Below are positions 39,701 to 47,469 of a stretch of 64,000 bases of DNA, in pieces. The translations under genes were made by a program, and so were the position numbers. Positions within the stretch are counted from its first letter, which is position 1; each line of letters begins with the position of its first letter. Under the pieces are notes generated by a model. That model had not been told where the DNA came from. It did no database searches and worked only from the letters and a program-made list of their open reading frames with translations. Origin of the DNA: a bacterium (GTDB lineage: Bacteria; SM23-81; DAOVCL01); the NCBI GenBank assembly GCA_029932675.1, contig JAOZPP010000004.1, positions 12,157 through 76,156 of the forward strand, written 5' to 3'.

Positions 39701-40169
39701 AAAGAAAATTAAGGGGGGCATAGATATTGATGCCTTTGTGAAGACAGTAATAGAGGGAATTGGAAAAAAGACTTTGGCAGAATTTTATCAAGAGAAAATA
39801 CTAACACAAAAACCACTTTACACGAAGAAACTCCCTAAACCCACGAATGAGGTGGGGTTTGAAGCGGAGTTGGGTTTGAAATTTGAGAAGGAAATCCACA
39901 AATATCGACTAAATTCAGGTAAAAAACATATTTTCTGCAAATCTGAGCCCGAAGCCCGCTATCTAAAAGTTTGGATAGAAGCGGGATTGGAAAGTGTCAA
40001 AGTTCCCAAAGATGAAGATCGTTTAGTTAAGATAGTCCCTCAATTGGAAAGATTGATGGAGAAAACCAAAAAGATAATAGAGTCCTATACTGACTCTATC
40101 CTCCAACCTAAGCTCCGCCAGAAAATCTTCCACCAAATCTGGCAGAAATTAACTGAAGGAATTGAATAA
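36687..40169 (+). CDS. Type IIG-like fused restriction endonuclease / N6-adenine DNA methyltransferase (Eco57I/MmeI-like architecture)
   Basis: 1160 aa. The N-terminal candidate PD-(D/E)xK motif is RVDIILFD..VIETKQP. MTase motif I is ILDPSCGAGTFLM and motif IV is VGNPPYTRQEE. An Eco57I-like segment (GRFGFIVSNSWLDVDYG) follows, then a long presumed TRD and about 170 extra residues after the family's usual ..KAKSV end. Confidence 0.65.
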   Translation: MKSKKPKIPGKATRISNPFDITTHRTEWTCAAKLAEWMNSYIKDKNLPLGTAEVETIQEGDRKRVDIILFDSPANQKVLCVIETKQPYFDVFNESELKEPARKKAVKRKAPYFATCNFQWFIWFNTERVNKMDPEERQILEKYHLSEIEDLDYIEEPRFKNPIITGLSKFLQELVEVSKGKKPEPLLPIDEFLIFRLHEKVNRLARYYRVIIRDATHKDTKFQSKLQKWFIDQQWQFTWKDSDYDKVARQTAYLLINKILFYYLLKAKKTYLASLEIPEDLTKGGQLQAQLQAYFSYVLKKIDYETIYSTDFIDQTAFPDNKEVVCEIKDLVNILKRYDFSEIGYEIIGNIFQRLIPQKEQHKLGQYFTNPDIVDLILRFCLKHEKDKILDPSCGAGTFLMRAYKHKKIMNNRLSHRDILETLWGVDIAKFPSHLATINLALQDLGEDKNYPNIAQEDFFNLLTSPEGLELPEKWRKIRAKTLGVKEREITYPRWFDCIVGNPPYTRQEEIPDITGKLSYKKKLIKSALYNVNHKKIATISKRAGIYVYFFIHGMKFLRNGGRFGFIVSNSWLDVDYGRGLQEFFLKNYKIVAIIESKVERWFETADINTCIVILEKCKDTKQRNENFVKFVYLFKPLRHFVPPAQKRWEEQIKRVDTIDSLIKTILAHKEFYQNEEIRIYPKLQKELWMEGYDKRNKKYAGSKWGKYIRAPEPIIKKILMNRRLSLLGSFVKAIMEGEPTGANEFFFVTREIIKKFKIENTYLHPAFNSPKDSKSILITQTNSYSWKLLTNASKEELKGTNILKYIKWGERKGFRKHYFKEDIWYSRSDRKADLLIPRGIYQRFICFYNVDGLIASDRFVEIFMRSKELREITGAFLNSTLYFLLLELYCRTNLGQGALDIQPTDIRKIPIPDLTELDKKLVQHIQEVFEQVSKREVNVIFEELGVNSPGEVSLDKVKPDRRELDKIVMGDILGLTEEEQLEVYRAVVDLVSSRIKKAKSVERKKKIKGGIDIDAFVKTVIEGIGKKTLAEFYQEKILTQKPLYTKKLPKPTNEVGFEAELGLKFEKEIHKYRLNSGKKHIFCKSEPEARYLKVWIEAGLESVKVPKDEDRLVKIVPQLERLMEKTKKIIESYTDSILQPKLRQKIFHQIWQKLTEGIE

Positions 40170-40355
40170 GGTGTAAAAGCAGTGGTAAAATTGAAGAAAT
40201 GGCGGGTTGAATGAAAGCGCTTGACCTACTTACGATGGGGGGTGGGAGGCTGATCCAAGATCCAGGTATGGGGCTGGGAAAGTCTGGGACGGAGGGTAGA
40301 GGACATCAAATCGAGAATAGTAGAGGGCTGAAAAATAGGCTAGTGAAAGCGAGAA

Positions 40356-40877
40356 GTGTGTGAGATGAAAGTAACCGCAGACGCATCTATTCTAATCCAC
40401 CTTGCAGCCATTGGAAGATTTTATCTATTGGAGGAGTTATTCGGTGAGGTAATGATCCCAGAAAGTGTCTATAAGGAGGTAGTTGTAGAAGGCTGGGGGC
40501 TTTCCGGTTCTTTAGAAACGGCGGAAGCCCTAAGAACGGGCCTTATAAAAGTAGGTGAAGTAATAGACAAGGAGAAAGTCAGAGAGTTCTCACAAAGATA
40601 TAGAGTCAGCGCAACCAATGCCGAGGTCATTCAATTATCAAAAGAGTTGAACTCTAAAATTGTTTTGGCCGATGAGGAAGAAGTTAGAGATGCTGCACAG
40701 GAAGCTGGCCTTCAAGTGAAAGGTTGTTTGGGCATACTTGTAGATTCAGTGAAAAATAAGATCATCTCTTCTCGACAGGCTGTCCAAGATATCGACAATT
40801 TAGTTGCATCAGGTTATCGCATTAGCAATGATATAATTGATGGATTGAAAAACACTTTAAGGAGATGGGACAGATGA
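40356..40877 (+). CDS. DUF3368-type PIN-like nuclease (toxin), copy 1
   Basis: DASILIHLAAIGRFYLLEELFGEVMIPESVYKEV.. and ..GCLGILVDSVKNKII match the DUF3368/COG2405 pattern. The likely start is ATG 40365. Confidence 0.75.
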   Translation: MCEMKVTADASILIHLAAIGRFYLLEELFGEVMIPESVYKEVVVEGWGLSGSLETAEALRTGLIKVGEVIDKEKVREFSQRYRVSATNAEVIQLSKELNSKIVLADEEEVRDAAQEAGLQVKGCLGILVDSVKNKIISSRQAVQDIDNLVASGYRISNDIIDGLKNTLRRWDR

Positions 40878-41092
40878 AAGCCTCCTTGATGATACCAGAA
40901 AGGATAAGGGAAAAGTTCCTGGGGGAGATACTGGATATGTATGCGCAAGGTGAGTTGGCTGCCAGCAAAGCTGCTCAGATGCTTGGCATACCGAGGGCTA
41001 CTTTCTATAGCCTATTGGCTGAAACAAACACCCCTCTCCCCAAAAAGCTTAATGATAGCATCAGAAAAGAGTTGGAAGAATTATTAAAGTGA
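40865..41092 (+). CDS. UPF0175-family antitoxin-like protein, copy 1
   Basis: 75 aa. ..ILDMYAQGELAASKAAQMLGIPRATFYSLLAE.. matches the UPF0175/COG2886 pattern. It overlaps the PIN ORF by 13 nt. Confidence 0.65.
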   Translation: MGQMKASLMIPERIREKFLGEILDMYAQGELAASKAAQMLGIPRATFYSLLAETNTPLPKKLNDSIRKELEELLK

Positions 41093-41223
41093 CACCTGAC
41101 CGCCGGGAAGTGGATAGAATCGTCTTTGAAGCCCTGAAATTAACTGAAAAGGAACAACTTGAAGTTCACCGGGCAGTGGGGGAGTTGGTGAAGAACAGGC
41201 TCGTTAAGGCAAGGAGTGTGTAG
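41089..41223 (+). pseudogene. orphan 3' tail of an Eco57I-family methyltransferase gene (relic 1)
   Basis: VTPDRREVDRIVFEALKLTEKEQLEVHRAVGELVKNRLVKARSV* parallels KPDRRELDKIVMGDILGLTEEEQLEVYRAVVDLVSSRIKKAKSV in the 1160-aa protein. It starts at a GTGA overlap with the antitoxin stop. Confidence 0.7.
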
Positions 41224-41241
41224 TACGGATACAGTGGATGG

Positions 41242-42363
41242 TTGCAGATGAGCGAATTGATGAAGGCAGATTATAAAGAACTTCTTGCAAAGGTTTCGGG
41301 TCTGCTTGAGCGGGCAAGACACGAAGCTGTAAGAAGGATTAATACGGTTATCGTAGAAACCTATTGGGAAATTGGAAGATTGATTGTAGAAGAGGAACAG
41401 AAGGGCAAAAAACGGGCCGAGTATGGTAAAAGGTTGTTACAGAAATTATCAATTGATTTGACAAAAAGATATGGACGGGGATTCTCAACCGACAATTTAG
41501 AGGCTATGAGAAAGTTTTACTTGATTTATCCTAGTTTTGGCAGGAAGATTTCCGAGACAATGTCTCGGAAATTAGGAAAGACTCAAGCTGATATCCCAGA
41601 GATTGAATTTCTGAAGAATCTTTCATGGTCTCACATTCGTGAAATTATAACACTTGAGGAACCTCTTGCAAGGTCTTTTTATGTGATAGAGACAATTAAA
41701 AATAACTGGTCAGTGAGGGAATTGAAGAGACAAAAAGGCTCCCTACTCTTTGAGAGACTTGCCCTGAGCAAAGAGAAAAAGAAGGTAATGGAGCTGGCAA
41801 AGAGAGGGCAGATTATTGAGAAGCCCGAGGATATAGTCAAAGACCCCTATGTATTGGAGTTCCTGGGTATCCCTGAGAGACATCACTATACTGAATCACA
41901 GTTGGAACAGGCTCTTATTGACCATCTTCAAGAATTTCTTTTAGAACTCGGTAAAGGCTTCACTTTTGTTGCCCGACAAAAGAGGATTACTATTGACAAC
42001 GAACATTTTTACATTGACCTGGTCTTTTACAACCGCATCGTGCGGTGTTTTGTCTTGATTGACCTCAAAGTAGGCAAGTTTACTCCGGCTGATACTGGGC
42101 AAATGAATTTTTATCTCAATTACATCAAGGCCAATGAAGTGATGGAGGATGAAAACCCTCCTGTGGGCATTCTTCTCTGCACTGAGGCTGACAGAAGCAG
42201 AGTCTTTGTAGAGTATGCCCTGGGAGGATTGGATAATAAAATTTTCGTCTCCAAATACAAATTGTATCTCCCGACGAAAAGAGAACTTGAGGCAGAAATC
42301 AAGAAAGAGACGGCTCGTTTACAACTTATTTCACCCAGGGAGATGAAAAGCAGCAAAGATTAG
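41242..42363 (+). CDS. YhcG/DUF1016-family PD-(D/E)xK nuclease-fold protein
   Basis: The N-terminal region reads INTVIVETYWEIGRLIVEEEQ.G..RAEYGK.LL..LS. The C-terminal region reads VKDPYVLEFLG..E..LE.ALIDHLQEFLLELGKGFTFVARQKRI..D...FYIDLVFYNR..RCFVLIDLKVGKF. The likely start is ATG 41248. Confidence 0.85.
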   Translation: MQMSELMKADYKELLAKVSGLLERARHEAVRRINTVIVETYWEIGRLIVEEEQKGKKRAEYGKRLLQKLSIDLTKRYGRGFSTDNLEAMRKFYLIYPSFGRKISETMSRKLGKTQADIPEIEFLKNLSWSHIREIITLEEPLARSFYVIETIKNNWSVRELKRQKGSLLFERLALSKEKKKVMELAKRGQIIEKPEDIVKDPYVLEFLGIPERHHYTESQLEQALIDHLQEFLLELGKGFTFVARQKRITIDNEHFYIDLVFYNRIVRCFVLIDLKVGKFTPADTGQMNFYLNYIKANEVMEDENPPVGILLCTEADRSRVFVEYALGGLDNKIFVSKYKLYLPTKRELEAEIKKETARLQLISPREMKSSKD

Positions 42364-42431
42364 GTTTTCTTAAATATAGGAATGATTCATCTTGAAGCTG
42401 AGGCATTTCCATTTTATAAAACACCTTAGCA

Positions 42432-43292
42432 GTGGCAATTGAGAATCTACTTGATACAGACTGGCGAGAGAAATTGAAATCTCTTGGCCTTGAGGGGTTT
42501 CTTGATCTCTTGGGCACAGAAAGGCTCGCACAGAAGAAGGCCCGGATGGCAAATCTTTTAAGAATTGCCAATCCCGATGAGGCACTTTATCGGGAGATCA
42601 TGGTTGCCCTGGGCTACAAAAACAATAAGGTTCAGTTTCTGGAGCTGGCACTAATACTACCCTATTCAGAGATTCGTGCCTTAAAAGATAGTGAAAGAAT
42701 TGAGAAGGCTTTACTCTATCGGGCAGGATTTCTGCAATCGAAAGATGGGCTTCCGGAGAATTTCGATGGTTCCCTGAAGATGGATCGCTCGGTATGGCAA
42801 CTCCGGGGCACAAGACCGGCAAATTTTCCTGCTACCAGAATAAAGGGTATCGCACCACTGCTCTCTGAGTCCTGCGAAACAGGGCTGTGCAAGCTAATCG
42901 AAGCGAAGATTGCTGACAACTACCTGCCGACCACAAATAGAAGATCCGCTGGTAGCTTCTGCAAAGAGCTCACAAAAATCTTTACTACGGGCGAGAGGAA
43001 AGCAGTGGGTCAAACAAGAGCTTTGGAAATCCTCTTTAACATAATCCTGCCGTTCTTTATGACTTATTTTGAAAGGGAGGGTAAACGAAAATATGCAGAG
43101 TTCCTCCTAAGCATTTACGATCAACACCCTATTCTCTCAGAGAACTCTGTTATCAGGGCGATGAAGGCTCAACTATTCGGTGAAGATAAAAAGAAAGCCA
43201 GGCAAGTGGTCAATTCAGTGAGGCGCTATATGGGGTTAATTCACTTGCACAATGTTGTATTGAAGGGAGAAAAGCTCGATGACTATTCCTGA
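42432..43292 (+). CDS. DUF2851-like protein (C-terminal half only)
   Basis: 286 aa with a GTG start. ALLYRAGFL.. and W.LRGTRPANFPATRIKGIAPLL resemble, from memory, the RP.NFP..RI.QLA block of DUF2851. The end overlaps the next ATG by 14 nt. Confidence 0.5.
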   Translation: MAIENLLDTDWREKLKSLGLEGFLDLLGTERLAQKKARMANLLRIANPDEALYREIMVALGYKNNKVQFLELALILPYSEIRALKDSERIEKALLYRAGFLQSKDGLPENFDGSLKMDRSVWQLRGTRPANFPATRIKGIAPLLSESCETGLCKLIEAKIADNYLPTTNRRSAGSFCKELTKIFTTGERKAVGQTRALEILFNIILPFFMTYFEREGKRKYAEFLLSIYDQHPILSENSVIRAMKAQLFGEDKKKARQVVNSVRRYMGLIHLHNVVLKGEKLDDYS

Positions 43293-46200
43293 CATCATCG
43301 ATAACAGCGCCGAGGGGCGCAGATTGGCCGATGTCTTGAAGGAAATTATTGTCCCCGGCACCAAAGTGTATATCGCTTCAGGCTATTTCAACCTGGAAGG
43401 TTTCAGACTCATTAGTGAGAAATTGAAGGAGACGCAAGGAGTGCGCCTTCTTCTTGGCCGGGCTTTATCCCCCCAGGATGTGCGTTCACCAAAGTTTTTC
43501 CTTGAAGAATTAAGAGAAGAGGCAGAGGCAAAGATGGGGACCCCAGAGGCCGAAGGTCTAATCCGGGAATTCCTCCGCTGGCTTGAGAACCCTGGGGTTG
43601 GGGTGAAGATCTACAACAAGGGATTTTATCACGGAAAATTCTATATCGTTGAAGGAGTTCCGGTTTTGGGAGCAGTGGCTATCTCTGGCTCTTCGAACTT
43701 CACCCAAGCTGGCCTTACCAGAAATACCGAATTCAACACCGTCTTAAAGCAGGGGAGCGCGGTAAAAGAAACAAAGCGGGTTTTTGACCGACTATGGAAT
43801 GAGAGCGAAGACTACAAACAGGACCTGAAATCGCTTTACTCCGATTTCACCGCCGCTTACAGTCCTTATGAAATATATATCAAGGCTCTCTACGCCTATT
43901 TTAGGGATAAGTTTGCTTCGGTTTCTCCAACTGATGAGGTTCCCAGCCCTATCGTTCTCACTGATTTTCAGCGCGACGGCTATTTAGCTGCCCTCGATAC
44001 CCTTGATCGCTATAGCGGTGTTCTGCTCTCCGACTCCGTGGGGTTAGGTAAAACATATCTTGCCCTGAAGCTTCTGGATGACTTTGCCTATAGGTTGAGA
44101 GAAAAGGCTCTGGTCATCTGTCCGGCGCAACTTAAGGGGATTCTTTGGGAACCCAAACTGAGAGAAGCCGGCATCAGAGCAGATATTGTCCACAGGGAGC
44201 GGGTGAGCCGGAAGGACTTCCCAATAGAAGAGTACCAAGATCACGACCTTATCGTCGTGGACGAGTCTCACAACTTTCGCAACTCCCAGACAAACTGTTG
44301 GAAAAACCTCTCCTTATGTGTGATAAGAGGTAAACCAAAGAAAGTAATACTTATCACTGCAACTCCTGTAAATAACTCCGTTTTTGACCTTTACAACCAG
44401 ATTCGCTTGATCACCAAGGACAGGGACAGTTTCTTCGCCGCGGCTGGTATCCCAAGCCTATGGGGCTATTTTCTTAGAGCAGATAAGGAGAAAGAGACTC
44501 TATACGATCTTTTAGAGGAAATAGCTGTTAGGCGCAGCCGGCCTTTTATCAAGAGGAACTATCCGGATGTAGCAATTGATGGTGAGCCGATAAGATTTCC
44601 AGAAAGGGAGCTTCACACAACCCGATACAACCTTGAGCAGACCTATCAGGGGCTTTACAAAGAATGCTCTCAAACCATCGAAAACTTGACCCTGGCAAGC
44701 TACAACATTGAGTCGTATCGGAAGGAGATCAGACAAGAGCAGCTTGAGCTTTTCGAGCATATCAACAAGGCCTTTCTTGCCAAAGGGTGGTCTGAAAAAG
44801 AGAGCAAGGACTTCTTAATGAAATTGGGTAGGAATGAGGCGGTAATTTCGATTTTGAAGGTGCTCTTTTTAAAGCGGCTTGAATCCAGCATTGAGGCCTT
44901 TAGAATCAGCATAGAAAGATTGGTTGATTTTCAGAGGAAATTTCTTCAGGTCTTTAAGGAAGGAAGAATACTGGATAGAGACGCCTATCGCAAGTTCTTC
45001 CTTCAAAGCGGTGAGGATGAATCTACAGAGGAAGGTGAGAGCATCTCCACTGTCCTAGAGAAGTTGCCACAGATAAATTTGGAAGATTTCGATGTAGAGG
45101 CAATCAAACGCTCTGTTCAGAAGGATATCGGTGCTCTTGAGCAAATTTACAAAAAGGTCGAGAGAATAAAATCGGGGAAAGATACGAAGCTGCAGATTCT
45201 CAAAGAGAAATTAAGCGGTGAACTAAAGGGAAAGAAAGTCATCATCTTTACCTATTTTAAGGATACTGCTCGTTACCTTTATCGCTGGCTAGGCGGCAAC
45301 AGGGAGTGGCTGGAAAGTGTGGTCTCGCCTGAGGAGCGAAGGGCGGTGGAAAGTTTCTTGAGCCACGCCTCTCTTTCATCCCCGAACATCTCAATCACGG
45401 ATAGTGGGATAGACCCTGATGAGCGTAAGAACAGAATCATGCGCTTCTCCCCGATAGCCAACGGTCGCCCTGAGCTAAAAGGAACAGAAAGGGAGATTCA
45501 AATCCTCATCTCAACCGATGTCCTCTCGGAAGGCCAGAATCTGCAGGATGCTGATACGGTAATAAATTATGATCTTCCCTGGAATCCTGTTCGCCTCATT
45601 CAGCGAGTGGGAAGGATCGATCGTCTCAAGTCTCCGCACCCTCTGGTGCATCTTTACAACTTCTTCCCTGAAGACGCATTGGAATCCCTCCTAGGCATTC
45701 TGGAGAGGCTTTATCAGAAACTCGATGCCATTAATCGCAGTGTAGGCTTAGATGTAAGCACCTTAGGGGAGACGCCTACGCCGAAGGATTTTGGCTTCAT
45801 TCGTGACCTTTTTGCAGGAAAAGCCGAGGTTTTAGAGGAGTTAGAAGGGATGTCCGAACTGGCCGTCGGTGAGTTCCTTAAACAAGAACTCTTGCAGTTT
45901 TTAGAAAAGGTAGGTGAAGAGAAGATAAGGAGAATACCCAATGGTGTGGGAAGTGGTCTACACAAAGAGGGACAGCATGGACTTTTCGTGGCTTTCAAAG
46001 ACAAGGAGCGCCATTATTGGTGCTATTACGACTTCAAGACTGGTAAGGTCCTTGAGAACAAACTCCAGGTCATTCGACTTATCAGATGCGAAGAGAGTGA
46101 ACCACGGATAGAGCCGGATTTTGATGTCTATGAGGTCATTGAGAAAGCGAAGAGACATATCCTCGCCCGTTTGCGCACTTCTTCCTTAAAGCCGCCCATG

Positions 46201-46473
46201 CTTAAGGCACCTCAAAACCAAATCGTAAACTGGTTACAAGGATTAGCTTCCAAAGCAACTGATCTTCTTGAATATTTTCGCGAACCTTTGCCAGAGTTAT
46301 ATCTGCGGGAGCTTCGTTCCTTATGGATTAACAGGGCCTCATCAGAGGAGGTACTCATCCTTAAGCTAAGGGAGTTCAAAGAGTCCCATCCAATTTCACC
46401 AGCAATGGAAAGAACTCCACCGCCTGAAGAGCCCAAGGTCAAAGTTGTTTGCTATCTTGCAGTTATGAGTTAG
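43279..46473 (+). CDS. fused PLD-family (HKD) nuclease domain and SNF2-family helicase
   Basis: 1064 aa. The HKD motif is YHGKFYIVEG..GSSNFT. Helicase motifs are GLGKT (I), VVDESHNFRN (II), ITATPVNNS (III) and STDVLSEGQNLQDADTVINYDLPWNPVRLIQRVGRIDR (V/VI). Confidence 0.85.
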   Translation: MTIPDIIDNSAEGRRLADVLKEIIVPGTKVYIASGYFNLEGFRLISEKLKETQGVRLLLGRALSPQDVRSPKFFLEELREEAEAKMGTPEAEGLIREFLRWLENPGVGVKIYNKGFYHGKFYIVEGVPVLGAVAISGSSNFTQAGLTRNTEFNTVLKQGSAVKETKRVFDRLWNESEDYKQDLKSLYSDFTAAYSPYEIYIKALYAYFRDKFASVSPTDEVPSPIVLTDFQRDGYLAALDTLDRYSGVLLSDSVGLGKTYLALKLLDDFAYRLREKALVICPAQLKGILWEPKLREAGIRADIVHRERVSRKDFPIEEYQDHDLIVVDESHNFRNSQTNCWKNLSLCVIRGKPKKVILITATPVNNSVFDLYNQIRLITKDRDSFFAAAGIPSLWGYFLRADKEKETLYDLLEEIAVRRSRPFIKRNYPDVAIDGEPIRFPERELHTTRYNLEQTYQGLYKECSQTIENLTLASYNIESYRKEIRQEQLELFEHINKAFLAKGWSEKESKDFLMKLGRNEAVISILKVLFLKRLESSIEAFRISIERLVDFQRKFLQVFKEGRILDRDAYRKFFLQSGEDESTEEGESISTVLEKLPQINLEDFDVEAIKRSVQKDIGALEQIYKKVERIKSGKDTKLQILKEKLSGELKGKKVIIFTYFKDTARYLYRWLGGNREWLESVVSPEERRAVESFLSHASLSSPNISITDSGIDPDERKNRIMRFSPIANGRPELKGTEREIQILISTDVLSEGQNLQDADTVINYDLPWNPVRLIQRVGRIDRLKSPHPLVHLYNFFPEDALESLLGILERLYQKLDAINRSVGLDVSTLGETPTPKDFGFIRDLFAGKAEVLEELEGMSELAVGEFLKQELLQFLEKVGEEKIRRIPNGVGSGLHKEGQHGLFVAFKDKERHYWCYYDFKTGKVLENKLQVIRLIRCEESEPRIEPDFDVYEVIEKAKRHILARLRTSSLKPPMLKAPQNQIVNWLQGLASKATDLLEYFREPLPELYLRELRSLWINRASSEEVLILKLREFKESHPISPAMERTPPPEEPKVKVVCYLAVMS

Positions 46474-46583
46474 AAACTAAATGGGTAAACTTAGAAAGGT
46501 TATGAAAACCTGGGGATATCAGGGTAGAGGACATCAAATCGAGAATAGTAGAGGGCTGAAAAATAGGCTAGTGAAAGCGAGAA

Positions 46584-47105
46584 GTGTGTGAGATGAAAGT
46601 AACCGCAGACGCATCTATTCTAATCCACCTTGCAGCCATTGGAAGATTTTATCTATTGGAGGAGTTATTCGGTGAGGTAATGATCCCAGAAAGTGTCTAT
46701 AAGGAGGTAGTTGTAGAAGGCTGGGGGCTTTCCGGTTCTTTAGAAACGGCGGAAGCCCTAAGAACGGGCCTTATAAAAGTAGGTGAAGTAATAGACAAGG
46801 AGAAAGTCAGAGAGTTCTCACAAAGATATAGAGTCAGCGCAACCAATGCCGAGGTCATTCAATTATCAAAAGAGTTGAACTCTAAAATTGTTTTGGCCGA
46901 TGAGGAAGAAGTTAGAGATGCTGCACAGGAAGCTGGCCTTCAAGTGAAAGGTTGTTTGGGCATACTTGTAGATTCAGTGAAAAATAAGATCATCTCTTCT
47001 CGACAGGCTGTCCAAGATATCGACAATTTAGTTGCATCAGGTTATCGCATTAGCAATGATATAATTGATGGATTGAAAAACACTTTAAGGAGATGGGACA
47101 GATGA
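46584..47105 (+). CDS. DUF3368-type PIN-like nuclease (toxin), copy 2
   Basis: The protein is identical to that of 40356..40877. Confidence 0.75.
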   Translation: MCEMKVTADASILIHLAAIGRFYLLEELFGEVMIPESVYKEVVVEGWGLSGSLETAEALRTGLIKVGEVIDKEKVREFSQRYRVSATNAEVIQLSKELNSKIVLADEEEVRDAAQEAGLQVKGCLGILVDSVKNKIISSRQAVQDIDNLVASGYRISNDIIDGLKNTLRRWDR

Positions 47106-47320
47106 AAGCCTCCTTGATGATACCAGAAAGGATAAGGGAAAAGTTCCTGGGGGAGATACTGGATATGTATGCGCAAGGTGAGTTGGCTGCCAGCAAAGCT
47201 GCTCAGATGCTTGGCATACCGAGGGCTACTTTCTATAGCCTATTGGCTGAAACAAACACCCCTCTCCCCAAAAAGCTTAATGATAGCATCAGAAAAGAGT
47301 TGGAAGAATTATTAAAGTGA
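47093..47320 (+). CDS. UPF0175-family antitoxin-like protein, copy 2
   Basis: The protein is identical to that of 40865..41092. Confidence 0.65.
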   Translation: MGQMKASLMIPERIREKFLGEILDMYAQGELAASKAAQMLGIPRATFYSLLAETNTPLPKKLNDSIRKELEELLK

Positions 47321-47451
47321 CACCTGACCGCAGGGAACTGGATAGAATCATCTTCGAGGCTCTGGGCTTGACTGAGGGGAAGCAACTTGAGGTCTAGCGG
47401 GCGGTGGTGGAGTTGGTGAAGAACAGACTGGTTAAGGCAAGGAGTGTATAA
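47317..47451 (+). pseudogene. orphan methyltransferase 3' tail (relic 2) with an in-frame stop
   Basis: It reads VTPDRRELDRIIFEALGLTEGKQLEV*RAVVELVKNRLVKARSV*, with a TAG at 47395..47397. I count about 25 mismatches in about 120 nt against relic 1. Confidence 0.7.
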
Positions 47452-47469
47452 TTTCACAAAGAGCAAAAC

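Larger units (their letters stand above)
40293..41103 (+). repeat. 811-bp direct repeat, left copy (identical to 46521..47331)
   Basis: Aligned by eye at an offset of 6228 nt. The first mismatch upstream is at 40292/46520 and the first downstream is at 41104/47332. Confidence 0.9.
46521..47331 (+). repeat. 811-bp direct repeat, right copy
   Basis: Identical to 40293..41103. Confidence 0.9.

Noticed and set aside
42432-43292. Considered calling the DUF2851-like ORF a pseudogene, because it corresponds only to the C-terminal half of the family and its 5' end is duplicated at 49216..49329.
   Set aside because: It is kept as a CDS. The 286-codon frame is intact and its stop overlaps the helicase ATG in a coupling arrangement. 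The pseudogene possibility remains open and is stated in the finding.
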